Source: Eledone cirrhosa
Taxonomy: Eukaryota
Reading direction: 5' to 3'
Assembly (NCBI GenBank): GCA_964016885.1
Contig: OZ024740.1
Location: 342,178,001 to 342,242,000 of the forward strand
Length of the DNA stretch: 64,000 nt
Shown here: piece after piece, positions 41,905 through 55,181 of the stretch
Layout of the letters: every line of letters begins with the position of its first letter
How positions within the stretch are numbered: position 1 is the stretch's first letter
The notes under the pieces: model-generated
Told to the model about the DNA's origin: nothing
What the model saw: the letters and a program-made list of their open reading frames with translations, nothing else
Database searches by the model: none
Made by a program: the position numbers and the translations under genes

Positions 41905-44900
41905 CTTACTCCTTTTACCACTCTCTTCCCCACTTTTTCTCACTTACTCCTTTTACCACTCTCTTCCCCACTTTTTCTCACTTACTCCTTTTACCACTCT
42001 CTTCCCCACTTTTTCTCACTTACTCCTTTTACCACTCTCTTCCCCACTTTTTCTCACTTACTCCTTTTACCACTCTCTTCCCCACTTTTTCTCACTTACT
42101 CCTTTTACCACTCTCTTCCCCACTTTTTCTCACTTACTCCTTTTACCACTCTCTTCCCCACTTTTTCTCACTTACTCCTTTTACCACTCTCTTCCCCACT
42201 TTTTCTCACTTACTCCTTTTACCACTCTCTTCCCCACTTTTTCTCACTTACTCCTTTTACCACTCTCTTCCCCACTTTTTCTCACTTACTCCTTTTACCA
42301 CTTCCTTCCCCACTTTTTCTCACTTACTCCTTTTACCACTCTCTTCCCCACTTTTTCTCACTTACTCCTTTTACCACTTCCTTCCCCACTTTTTCTCACT
42401 TACTCCTTTTACCACTCTCTTCCCCACTTTTTCTCACTTACTCCTTTTACCACTCTCTTCCCCACTTTTTCTCACTTACTCCTTTTACCACTCTCTTCCC
42501 CACTTTTTCTCACTTACTCCTTTTACCACTTCCTTCCCCACTTTTTCTCACTTACTCCTTTTACCACTCTCTTCCCCACTTTTTCTCACTTACTCCTTTT
42601 ACCACTCTCTTCCCCACTTTTTCTCACTTACTCCTTTTACCACTCTCTTCCCCACTTTTTCTCACTTACTCCTTTTACCACTCTCTTCCCCACTTTTTCT
42701 CACTTACTCCTTTTACCACTCTCTTCCCCACTTTTTCTCACTTACTCCTTTTACCACTCTCTTCCCCACTTTTTCTCACTTACTCCTTTTACCACTTCCT
42801 TCCCCACTTTTTCTCACTTACTCCTTTTACCACTCTCTTCCCCACTTTTTCTCACTTACTCCTTTTACCACTCTCTTCCCCACTTTTTCTCACTTACTCC
42901 TTTTACCACTCTCTTCCCCACTTTTTCTCACTTACTCCTTTTACCACTCTCTTCCCCACTTTTTCTCACTTACTCCTTTTACCACTCTCTTCCCCACTTT
43001 TTCTCACTTACTCCTTTTACCACTCTCTTCCCCACTTTTCTCACTTACTCCTTTTACCACTCTCTTCCCCACTTTTTCTCACTTACTCCTTTTACCACTC
43101 TCTTCCCCACTTTTTCTCACTTACTCCTTTTACCACTCTCTACCCCACTTTTTCTCACTTACTCCTTTTACCACTTCTCCCCACTTTTTCTCACTTACTC
43201 CTTTTACCACTCTCTTCCCCACTTTTTCTCACTTACTCCTTTTACCACTCTCTTCCCCACTTTTTCTCACTTACTCCTTTTACCACTCTCTTCCTCACTT
43301 TTTCTCACTTACTCCTTTTACCACTCTCTTCCCCACTTTTTCTCACTTACTCCTTTTACCACTCTCTTCCCCACTTTTTCTCACTTACTCCTTTTACCAC
43401 TCTCTTCCCCACTTTTTCTCACTTACTCCTTTTACCACTCTCTTCCCCACTTTTTCTCACTTACTCCTTTTACCACTCTCTTCCCCACTTTTTCTCACTT
43501 ACTCCTTTTACCACTCTCTTTCCCCACTTTTTCTCACTTACTCCTTTTACCACTCTCTTCCCCACTTTTTCTCACTTACTCCTTTTACCACTCTCTTCCC
43601 CACTTTTTCTCACTTACTCCTTTTACCACTCTCTTCCCACTTTTTCTCACTTACTCCTTTTACCACTCTCTTCCCCACTTTTTCTCACTTACTCCTTTTA
43701 CCACTCTCTTCCCCACTTTTTCTCACTTACTCCTTTTACCACTCTCTTCCCCACTTTTTCTCACTTACTCCTTTTACCACTCTCTTCCCCACTTTTTCTC
43801 ACTTACTCCTTTTACCACTTCTCTTCCCCACTTTTTCTCACTTACTCCTTTTACCACTCTCTTCCCCACTTTTTCTCACTTACTCCTTTTACCACTCTCT
43901 TCCCCACTTTTTCTCACTTACTCCTTTTACCACTCTCTTCCTCACTTTTTCTCACTTACTCCTTTTACCACTCTCTTCCCCACTTTTTCTCACTTACTCC
44001 TTTTACCACTCTCTTCCCCACTTTTTCTCACTTACTCCTTTTACCACTTCCTTCCCCACTTTTTCTCACTCCTTTTACCACTCTCTTCCCCACTTTTTCT
44101 CACTTACTCCTTTTACCACTCTCTTCCCCACTTTTTCTCACTTACTCCTTTTACCACTCTCTTCCCCACTTTTTCTCACTTACTCCTTTTACCACTCTCT
44201 TCCCCACTTTTTCTCACTTACTCCTTTTACCACTTCCTTCCCCACTTTTTCTCACTCCTTTTACCACTCTCTTCCCCACTTTTTCTCACTTACTCCTTTT
44301 ACCACTCTCTTCCCCACTTTTTCTCACTTACTCCTTTTACCACTCTTCCCCACTTTTTCTCACTTACTCCTTTTACCACTTCCTTCCCCACTTTTTCTCA
44401 CTCCTTTTACCACTCTCTTCCCCACTTTTTCTCACTTACTCCTTTTACCACTCTCTTCCCCACTTTTTCTCACTTACTCCTTTTACCACTCTCTTCCCCA
44501 CTTTTTCTCACTTACTCCTTTTACCACTCTCTTCCCCACTTTTTCTCACTTACTCCTTTTACCACTCTCTTCCCCACTTTTTCTCACTTACTCCTTTTAC
44601 CACTTCCTTCCCCACTTTTTCTCACTCCTTTTACCACTCTCTTCCCCACTTTTTCTCACTTACTCCTTTTACCACTCTCTTCCCCACTTTTTCTCACTTA
44701 CTCCTTTTACCACTCTCTTCCCCACTTTTTCTCACTTACTCCTTTTACCACTTCCTTCCCCACTTTTTCTCACTCCTTTTACCACTCTCTTCCCCACTTT
44801 TTCTCACTTACTCCTTTTACCACTCTCTTCCCCACTTTTTCTCACTTACTCCTTTTACCACTCTCTTCCCCACTTTTTCTCACTTACTCCTTTTACCACT

Positions 44901-47800
44901 CTCTTCCCCACTTTTTCTCACTTACTCCTTTTACCACTCTCTTCCCCACTTTTTCTCACTTACTCCTTTTACCACTCTCTTCCCCACTTTTTCTCACTTA
45001 CTCCTTTTACCACTTCCTTCCCCACTTTTTCTCACTCCTTTTACCACTCTCTTCCTCACTTTTTCTCACTTACTCCTTTTACCACTCTCTTCCCCACTTT
45101 TTCTCACTTACTCCTTTTACCACTCTCTTCCCCACTTTTTCTCACTTACTCCTTTTACCACTCTCTTCCCCACTTTTTCTCACTTACTCCTTTTACCACT
45201 CTCTTCCCCACTTTTTCTCACTTACTCCTTTTACCACTCTCTTCCCCACTTTTTCTCACTTACTTCTTTTACCACTCTCTTCCCCACTTTTTCTCACTTA
45301 CTCCTTTTACCACTTCCTTCCCCACTTTTTCTCACTCCTTTTACCACTCTCTTCCCCACTTTTTCTCACTTACTCCTTTTACCACTCTCTTCCCCACTTT
45401 TTCTCACTTACTCCTTTTACCACTCTCTTCCCCACTTTTTCTCACTTACTCCTTTTACCACTCTCTTCCCCACTTTTTCTCACTTACTCCTTTTACCACT
45501 CTCTTCCCCACTTTTTCTCACTTACTCCTTTTACCACTCTCTTCCTCACTTTTTCTCACTTACTCCTTTTACCACTCTGTTCCCCACTTTTTCTCACTTA
45601 CTCCTTTTACCACTCTCTTCCCCACTTTTTCTCACTTACTCCTTTTACCACTCTCTTCCTCACTTTTTCTCACTTACTCCTTTTACCACTCTGTTCCCCA
45701 CTTTTTCTCACTTACTCCTTTTACCACTCTCTTCCTCACTTTTTCTCACTTACTCCTTTTACCACTCTCTTCCTCACTTTTTCTCACTTACTCCTTTTAC
45801 CACTCTGTTCCCCACTTTTTCTCACTTACTCCTTTTACCACTCTCTTCCTCACTTTTTCTCACTTACTCCTTTTACCACTCTGTTCCCCACTTTTTCTCA
45901 CTTACTCCTTTTACCACTCTCTTCCCCACTTTTTCTCACTTACTCCTTTTACCACTCTCTTCCCCACTTTTTCTCACTTACTCCTTTTACCACTCTCTTC
46001 CCCACTTTTTCTCACTTACTCCTTTTACCACTCTCTTCCCCACTTTTTCTCACTTACTCCTTTTACCACTCTCTTCCTCACTTTTTCTCACTTACTCCTT
46101 TTACCACTCTCTTCCCCACTTTTTCTCACTTACTCCTTTTACCACTCTCTTCCCCACTTTTTCTCACTTACTCCTTTTACCACTCTCTTCCCCACTTTTT
46201 CTCACTTACTCCTTTTACCACTCTCTTCCCCACTTTTTCTCACTTACTCCTTTTACCACTCTCTTCCTCACTTTTTCTCACTTACTCCTTTTACCACTCT
46301 CTTCCCCACTTTTTCTCACTTACTCCTTTTACCACTCTCTTCCCCACTTTTTCTCACTTACTCCTTTTACCACTCTCTTCCCCACTTTTTCTCACTTACT
46401 CCTTTTACCACTCTCTTCCCCACTTTTTCTCACTTACTCCTTTTACCACTCTCTTCCCCACTTTTTCTCACTTACTCCTTTTACCACTCTCTTCCCCACT
46501 TTTTCTCACTTACTCCTTTTACCACTTCCTTCCCCACTTTTTCTCACTTACTCCTTTTACCACTCTCTTCCTCACTTTTTCTCACTTACTCCTTTTACCA
46601 CTCTGTTCCCCACTTTTTCTCACTTACTCCTTTTACCACTCTCTTCCCCACTTTTTCTCACTTACTTCTTTTACCACTCTCTTCCCCACTTTTTCTCACT
46701 TACTCCTTTTACCACTTCCTTCCCCACTTTTTCTCACTTACTCCTTTTACCACTCTCTTCCCCACTTTTTCTCACTTACTCCTTTTACCACTTCCTTCCC
46801 CACTTTTTCTCACTTACTCCTTTTACCACTCTCTTCCTCACTTTTTCTCACTTACTCCTTTTACCACTCTCTTCCCCACTTTTTCTCACTTACTCCTTTT
46901 ACCACTCTCTTCCCCACTTTTTCTCACTTACTCCTTTTACCACTCTCTTCCCCACTTTTTCTCACTTACTCCTTTTACCACTCTCTTCCTCACTTTTTCT
47001 CACTTACTCCTTTTACCACTCTCTTCCTCACTTTTTCTCACTTACTCCTTTTACCACTTCCTTCCCCACTTTTTCTCACTTACTCCTTTTACCACTCTCT
47101 TCCCCACTTTTTCTCACTTACTCCTTTTACCACTCTCTTCCCCACTTTTTCTCACTTACTCCTTTTACCACTCTCTTCCTCACTTTTTCTCACTTACTCC
47201 TTTTACCACTCTCTTCCTCACTTTTTCTCACTTACTCCTTTTACCACTCTCTTCCCCACTTTTTCTCACTTACTCCTTTTACCACTCTCTTCCCCACTTT
47301 TTCTCACTTACTCCTTTTACCACTTCCTTCCCCACTTTTTCTCACTTACTCCTTTTACCACTCTCTTCCTCACTTTTTCTCACTTACTCCTTTTACCACT
47401 CTCTTCCTCACTTTTTCTCACTTACTCCTTTTACCACTCTCTTCCTCACTTTTTCTCACTTACTCCTTTTACCACTCTCTTCCCCACTTTTTCTCACTTA
47501 CTCCTTTTACCACTCTCTTCCCCACTTTTTCTCACTTACTCCTTTTACCACTCTCTTCCTCACTTACTCCTTTTACCACTCTGTTCCCCACTTTTTCTCA
47601 CTTACTCCTTTTACCACTCTCTTCCCCACTTTTTCTCACTCCTTTTACCACTCTCTTCCCCACTTTTTCTCACTCCTTTTACCACTCTCTTCCTCACTTA
47701 CTCCTTTTACCACTCTCTTCCCCACTTTTTCTCACTCCTTTTACCACTCTCTTCCCCACTTTTTCTCACTTACTCCTTTTACCACTCTCTTCCTCACTTC
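41905..47800. repeat. 38-bp minisatellite/satellite, roughly 155 copies
   Basis: Unit ctcacttactccttttaccactctcttccccacttttt; 38-aa periodicity in all three + frames. Confidence 0.97.
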
Positions 47801-48273
47801 TTCTCCCTTACTCCTTCTACCATTCTCTTCCCTACTTCTCTCTTTACTTCCTTTCTATCCCCTGTCACATTGTTTCTTCACATTATTCTACTCATCATTT
47901 ACAAGCTTGTGACTTTGACAACACTGTTTTTCTCTCAACCTCTCTCTCATGTGAAAGCAGTAGCAGATTAAAACTTTGTGCTCTAAACCACATAAAACTT
48001 GGAAGCTCGTTAAAAATATTTACTCCTGATCACACAAAAAAATGAAAACATGTCTTTTGATTATTTTGAGGCTCCTCTTATTTGAGTCCCTAAGCACATG
48101 CTTATTTTGCATAATGGTTAATCCAGAGCTGAGTGAAAGGTAAGGGCTCAAAACATTAATTTCCTCATAACAAGTAAACTTACTGAACTCATCTACAAAC
48201 TTTCATATAAAGTCAGTATTTACTTTAGCTGTGAACATTTAATATTTCTGCATATCTTTCTTTCTCTTTTTAG

Positions 48274-48447
48274 ATTATGACTCTCTGCTCTTGTGATTGT
48301 AAATTCTGCATTGAATGTTTTCGACAATACTTTGAGTTGAAAATCAATAATGAACCTGTCATTAATTGGACTTGTCCTGTATGTGGCTTACCTGAACTTA
48401 ATGAATCAGACACTGTTCGTAATTATTTCAACATCTTGGGCCTCCAG
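48274..48447 (+). CDS. RNF31: RNF31 exon: RING1
   Basis: ctctttttag acceptor; IMTLCSCDCKFCIECFRQYF...WTCPVCGLP; donor gtaaat. Confidence 0.92.
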
Positions 48448-48589
48448 GTAAATCTCTTACTGAACATTTAGTGGTGAGACAACCTGTCTAACATTAGTGG
48501 CATGATGGCACAGACTCTGTGGTGATGAACAAACTAAGTCATGGAGTGCAGAGGACCTCTTTGTCCTGTTAATGATTTGAAAAGCCCTC

Positions 48590-48978
48590 TAGTGTTGGTG
48601 TCATGATAGAATCCACCCAGTACACTCTGTAAAGTGGTTGTGAAGGTGGCATGACAAAAAGCACCCAGCCCACACTGTAAAGTGATCGTGAAGGTGTCAC
48701 GACAAAAAGCACCCAGTCCATACTGTAAAGTGGTTGTGTAGGTGTCATGACAAAAAGCACCCAGCCCACACTGTAAAGTGGTCGTGTAGCCATCACGACG
48801 AAAAGCACCCAGTACTCACTGTAAATGAGGTTGGTGTTAGGAAGTTCATCCCGCTATAGAAACCAAGCCAAAATCAACACATGGTTACCTGACCTAGCAT
48901 TGCCCACAACAGGACAACTCATCTAACCCATGGTAGCATGAAAAATTGGATCTAAAATGGTGATGATGATGATGATGA
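48590..48978 (+). mobile_element. RTE/SINE-type 3' element with five tandem 48-nt modules
   Basis: ctgtaaa-containing unit at ~48627, 48675, 48723, 48771, 48819; (GAT)n tail. Confidence 0.75.
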
Positions 48979-50555
48979 AAGTCAACATGCATGATCTTAC
49001 CCTGTGATATTATGTCCATTTTACATGCTGACATCAATTAAACAGGTTGTTACAGACCAAGTCAGTTCATATTCGAAGTTTCTGCCCTCCTGACAAGGTC
49101 ATTTGACCAGATGTCACTTGTATGTTCCATTTTTAGAATAGTTTCTATGGCTTGATGCCACTTTACAGGCCTTATCACTCTAAGAACTGACTTAAACTGT
49201 AACAACCTATCCAACCCATATAAGCATGGAAAAGTGGATGTGAAATGAGGATTACTATCACACGCTTATGTTTGTGAAGTGTGTGCACATTTTCTTTCGA
49301 GAGAAATAGACTGTACATTTGTTATATTTGATTTCTTGAAAAAAAAAAATTGATATGTATGTGTGTATCTCTGTGTGTGTGTTGAAACTCAGTCAGTTCC
49401 AATGATGAGTTTTCCAGTTTGATCAATGGAACAGCCTGTTTGTAAAATCAATGTACAAGTGACTGGGCATTCTATAGACACATGTGTAACAAGGCTGGTC
49501 TTTTGAATTACTGGTACTACTAAGTTTTTCCAGCTGCATGAACTAGAACAAGCAAACTGTGTCATGGTACTTTGTTAGTTGCAAAAGTAAGTCAAATCTA
49601 ATAAGTTTTTACAAATATTTTTCTGTGAGGTCTATTTGAGATATAATAGTGTAGCTAGGGTGCAAGGAAGGTGTGGTGGGGCATCAAAATTTCCTGTGGG
49701 TAGCACAACTCCAAGTTGCTTGAGTGCTTGATATGATATTGTTTATTTATTAATTTCATCTATATAAAAAGTTTAGAAAGCATTTGGAGTAGATGATATG
49801 ATGTATGGCTGTGAAACTTGGGTGGAATATTCAGATGTCCCAAAACAGGTACAATCCCTCAGATGTTTAATGCAAAGTTACAAGAAACATTAAAAGTAAA
49901 TCAGTTATGAATATATGTATCCGATTTAGAATAGGTACACCATGTTGGTCTGTAACAACCTGTGTTGTAAGAAGGAGCTAAAAGAGTTAGTGTCAGGAAG
50001 GGCTTTTGGCTGAAAAACGTTATCTCAACACGTCTCTTGACGTAAAAATGTTATTGTCATTTAAACCCAGCTCAACTCAGATTAAGAAGACACATAATCA
50101 AAGGTGTCCCATGTGTAACCATTTTGTGTTTCAGGTCATCTAGGACTATATTACCAAATGTGTCATACTCCTTTTTAAGATAGCAAAGTGTGATTTGAAG
50201 AGGATTTTGTTTCAGTATTTAGCTAGTCAAATGATTGTGTGTATATTTTCTTGTAGACTATACTGGTGTAGAAGTTAATGTGATAAGCTGATATATGCCG
50301 GGCAATACTCCATCTAAGGTGTGCAGGTGTATGGCTGTGCAGTTGCTGTATTAGTGCTCTGTATATCAAAATGTTGTTCAGTAGCTTTGAATTTAAAATA
50401 TTTCTGCTTAAAGCACCAAATGTCCGACTTACTAGTAGGGAAAAATTAAAGGGAAAGTTGATGCTAGGTATAAATAATGTCAAAATACTATTGTTTCTCT
50501 TTCATTGTTGTTGCTTTTGTTGTTTACTAATGTTTTGAATATGATGCCATTTCAG

Positions 50556-50657
50556 ATTAAACAAAATAATTTTAGTTTACAAACTAATACGCTATATGAG
50601 ACTAAACTACGTGATTGGCACTTACACAGGGACCCTAACTTCCGCTGGTGTCAACAG
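50556..50657 (+). CDS. RNF31: RNF31 exon: RING1-IBR linker and IBR start
   Basis: tttcag acceptor; LYETKLRDWHLHRDPNFRWCQQ; donor gtaagt. Confidence 0.9.
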
Positions 50658-50685
50658 GTAAGTACGCCTCATTGTGGCTGTTTGC

Positions 50686-51114
50686 TTAACCCTCCTGATA
50701 CCAACTTATACCAAATCACTTCTAATTCTATTAAACAAAACAAAGGGTTCTTGTTTAAATTAAAATCTTCCAACGTAATTTTATTAGAGAACCTTTTGTT
50801 AAATTGTGTTACAGCTATCTTAATAGTGAAATAATCAACAATTTTAGTAAATCCCTCAAAATGTTTCATTAATTTGTTGGATTGGCAGTATTGGTAGAGG
50901 GTCGGACGCCATGCTTTGACGTATAGAGTTACGGCCCTTGCCATTCTGAGTTCAAATCCCGCCGAGGTTAACTTTGCCTTTCATCGTTACGGGGTCGATA
51001 AAATAAAGTACCAATAATGCACTGGGTAATTGCTGGCCTTGTGCCTAACGTAGAAGCAATTAATTTGTTGATATACAGTGTATTTCATTAAAAATATGGT
51101 CATAAAAGGGTTAA
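50686..51114. mobile_element. TTAA-flanked piggyBac-like MITE containing a family B SINE (50880-51061)
   Basis: ttaa-ccctcctgatacc ... ggtcataaaaggg-ttaa; SINE TSD ttaatttgttg; uninterrupted copy at 60617-60849. Confidence 0.7.
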
Positions 51115-51790
51115 AGTGTAGATTTGGTGTGTTATACTACCATTATAACTTATATGAAAGGCAGCAAATTGATTAAGTCATTAAAGCTTTGCAAAGAATA
51201 TTTTGTATATTTGTTTTTTGCATTGTGAATTCAAATCCCATTGAAGCCAGTTTTGCCTTTCATCCTTTCAGTGTTGATAAAATACCAGTCCAAAGGTAGT
51301 GGATTGGTGGAAGTGTTAATGTGCCAGGCAAAATACCTTGCGGAATCTGTTCTGAGTTCAAATCCTGTCTATCACTGAGGAAAAAACAATTGTGACACTT
51401 CTGCAAGGAGTTGCAGCTGATAGATAGTATCTGCAATAAAAACAAAATTAAAAAAACAAAACAATCGAAACAGTTTCCTTGATTTGATATGGAGGATCAG
51501 TGATCTTCTGATTGATCATCCTCATTCATAACTTGTATAGATATGGAGGACTTAAACATATTTTTTGGCATAAGATTTGATTTGGGGATCAGACATGGTA
51601 AGAATACTGAAAAGAGGAGAGGTACATTTGGGTAAGCTTAGATTGTAAACAACTTGTCAATCTTGAGAACAGATACTATTTCTGAAGCTGTAGAAGTGAC
51701 AGAAGTGGATTTATTGTGTTTCTTTGGTCTAATATGATGATTGGCACCTTTCTGCTTTTTTGTTTAAAATTCATTGTATTTGTTTTCCAG

Positions 51791-51880
51791 TGTGGCGGTG
51801 GTTTTCTGTTTGATGGGAAAGGACTAAAGATGAGTTGTCCATTTTGTCACAGTGCGATGTGTTTTAAGTGCGAGAAAGTG
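51791..51880 (+). CDS. RNF31: RNF31 exon: IBR
   Basis: ttttccag acceptor; CGGGF...CPFCHSAMCFKCEKV; donor gtaagt. Confidence 0.9.
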
Positions 51881-53094
51881 GTAAGTTCTTTGTTCTCTCT
51901 TTCACCACACAACAAACTATATTCTAAAGATGGAATAAGTTTAGGACAAAAAAAAAAAAAATGTTTTTCTTCTAGTATACAATTTTGTTGGGATTTCTAT
52001 TTTTTACAAAGTTTCTGATTTTAACCATACCATTCTGTTAGAGGTAGCCTGCCACACACACATGCACACACCATGTTTCTTCATGAATAAATATGACTTG
52101 AGTATATGACCCCTGTGTCAGAAGATAAAGAAACAGGAATAAATTACACCTTTATGTATAATATGACTCTGGAGTATAGCCAAGTCTATGTAATTTCTTT
52201 TGTAAACATGTATTATATTATTCATTAAAATCTCAATCTCGCTCATATTTCACTACAATATTCTGTTTCTCAGGACATTAAAGAATGTAAAAAAAAACCC
52301 AGATATTAAGCATTTTGTAAACAATTTTTATCAACTGGTATTTGCAATCTTGCCATTTGAAATTAGTATTTTCGAGCTCACTAAAAAATTCTGAAAACAT
52401 GTACTCATGTATGATATAATTCCCTTTTTTACCCTTAATTTTTAGTTCCAAATTTCTCATATTATACATGAAAACATATAGCATATATTATATATATATA
52501 TATATATATATAATCATTTAACATCTGTTTTCCCTGCTAATAAGAGTTGGATGGGTCATCACAAGTCATGTCTGTACTCACTTAAAACCACTTATCTTGC
52601 ACTCTTCAGAGTGCACCATGCATTTTATCATGGCACCAGCTAGTGAGAACATCATGTCTTTGGCACAACTGAAGTATCCTTTCTACTCTTTGTTTGGTAC
52701 GTTTTCTACAAGAATCTTGTTTGATGACCCTGTGAATACACAGGCAAAACTCCAGGGTAACAAGACACTGAATCAGCTTTTAATCTCCACTATGGTATTG
52801 AATACTCTTTTCACTGCTGTCAGTACTAAGCTACTATGTATATATATATATATATATATATATTTGCCAGGTACTGATTAAGTTAGACATGGCCTGGCCC
52901 AATACTAGCCAAAACCTATCAAAGTTATCTGTATGTATGTAAAAGGTAAACAGAAATAACAAAGCAAACAACGCAGTACATTGCAGAAAGATATTAGTTT
53001 AACACTTGAAATAGCAGGAAGAGAGTCTTAATGTTTCAGACACTAGTCCTTCATCAGAAGATAGTTAGAAATAGAAGATAAATAGAATAAGGTC

Positions 53095-53400
53095 AGAAAA
53101 CAGCACAGCTCGCATGACTTTTGAAAACATTTTTTCATGCTCAGAGCTGCTGAAGCATGGAACAATCTACCTGCACCAGCTGTTAGCTGCCGGAATACTG
53201 CATCCTTTAAAACCTCCATGCTTCCTGAAATTTGCCAACACTACACCTGATATTCCCTCCTCCATACACAAGCACACATGTATATCATGACTTATATACT
53301 GTTCACTTTCCTGACATTTGTACATTATTCTATGTACTTTACATGCACTTTTGATGAGTTGTAGTGCGCCTGAACACTGTACACAATAATTTCATTATTA
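53095..53400 (+). mobile_element. CR1-group LINE 3' fragment (same family as 24850-26590)
   Basis: Matches 26320-26580 including the tail. Confidence 0.8.
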
Positions 53401-53720
53401 TTTACAGCCCTTTATGGTCTGAGTTCAAATCCCGCCGAGGTTAACTTTGCCTTTCATTGTTATGGGTCAATAAAATAAAGTACCAGTAATACACTGGGAT
53501 AATTGCTGGCCTAGTGCCAAAAGTAGAAACAATTATTATTATTATAATAAAAGAATGAGAAGATTGGAGAAAAAATGTGGAAAAAAGAGGAGAGCAAAAA
53601 ACGTGAATATTCATTCAGCCATTTGGAAGATAATATAGTCACTGAAGACATGAAAAAAAATGACATTATTGTTGATGATGATGATAAATTCATACTATAC
53701 AATGTTGTCTTATGTTTCAG

Positions 53721-53835
53721 TGGGGAGATCAACATCAGAATTTGAGTTGTGAAAAATATAATGAATGGTTGATAAGTAACCATCCAGAAAATCAAGCACA
53801 GGGTCTTGAAATGGTACTCAAGAAAGAAGGAATTA
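53721..53835 (+). CDS. RNF31: RNF31 exon: IBR end and linker
   Basis: gtttcag acceptor; WGDQHQNLSCEKYNEW...ENQAQGLEMVLKKEGI; donor gtatgt, phase 1. Confidence 0.9.
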
Positions 53836-53924
53836 GTATGTATCTAAATTTGCATCTTAAACTTTCCACCATTCTTTGCCATAAAGAATAATCCCCAAGG
53901 GATTTTTTCTTTCTATCTATTTAA

Positions 53925-54185
53925 GGTGTGGGGCATAGTAGTCAGGGTGTTGGTCTCATGATCGTATGGTTGTGGGTTTGATCTCTGGATTGAGTGGTGC
54001 ATTGTGTCCTTGATCAAGGCACTTCATTTTGTGTCAATCAAGTGCACTCAGTTGAAAGTAAGTACCAGAAACAGCTGGGGTTTAACCTTGTGATGGATTG
54101 GCGTTCTGTAATCTCAGTTGCCTAACACCACATGAAACCAGGGTAAGGTCTAATTAGATGAGCCACCAGACTCAAAATGGAGTAA
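53925..54185 (+). mobile_element. older tRNA-derived SINE
   Basis: Degenerate A/B boxes and ttgtgtccttgatcaaggcacttc core. Confidence 0.6.
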
Positions 54186-55148
54186 CTTTTTTAAAATCAT
54201 CTATCACTAATCATTATGTCATCACTAATACTAGTTATACCATGTGCTTAGCATATGGAATGTTACAAGTTCGTAAACTCACTGGAACCTCAATTTGTAC
54301 ATTTTTACGAGAGGATTGGAGCCCCTATTAAAATAACCAAGAAATCTCTTATGAGATACAATCTCATAGAAGGCTGGCTAAATCTACACAGGTGTTAGCC
54401 CAATCAATAACATTTATCAAAACATTAACAATACAGAATTCATTTCACAGTATCTATTAGATAAATAATTTTCAGGTATTACTAATTTGAATTATTCTGT
54501 ATGCTTATACTATCTTTCACAACATTCATATTGCTTACAGTTGAAGTACAAATATAGTTATGATGGACATTTCTTTTATCTTTCTTTTAATGGTTTGTTC
54601 TAGAGGAAGGAGGTATATTTATGGTTTTCACAGGCTCTCCATGACCAATGAGATTGATGTAGTTGATGTTCCTCATAAACAGATGTGAGTTGATGGGTGT
54701 AGGGGAAAACATTGGCAGGGATGACTTCCAGCGAGAAGACATTCTGCAGAGGAATCTGTATGCATAGTGGTTAGTACAGAGCCTGAGTATGTATGTAGGT
54801 GTAGATGGACTCAAAATGAGAGATAAGTAAATGAAGTTTACCTGAGTGAAGATGGCATGGGGTCAACTAATTTCAGGGAATAGAGTAACTGTAGAAAAGG
54901 CAGAATACAAAGACAGCACATCTGTGGATCAAGAGTTGAAGTACATTGGTGAACGACTTTCTGTCAATTAGTTCAGTGGATTTTTGTGGGTCAGCAGATT
55001 GAAGTATGTTATCATCCCACCAAACTTTCCATTAAAACAAAATAATAGTGAGGTACAGTGTAAAAAAATTTCCATATTTAACGCTTCTAATATATATATA
55101 TATAAATAATAATTATGAAGACTAAAATCTGAAGAGGGTTCGATAAGG

Positions 55149-55181
<33 letters not shown>

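Noticed and set aside
41905-47800. CRISPR-like or telomeric array
   Set aside because: No unique spacers, no cas genes, eukaryotic context; the unit is not a short telomeric repeat
41888-48045. Three ~2000-aa ORFs
   Set aside because: Artefact of a 38-bp unit lacking stop codons; open in all three frames, low complexity, intronic
48600-48840. Repeat-spacer array
   Set aside because: Units are contiguous tandem copies without unique spacers and belong to retroposon 3' ends
54587-54960. Possible additional Penelope RT remnant on the minus strand
   Set aside because: Too degenerate to support by eye
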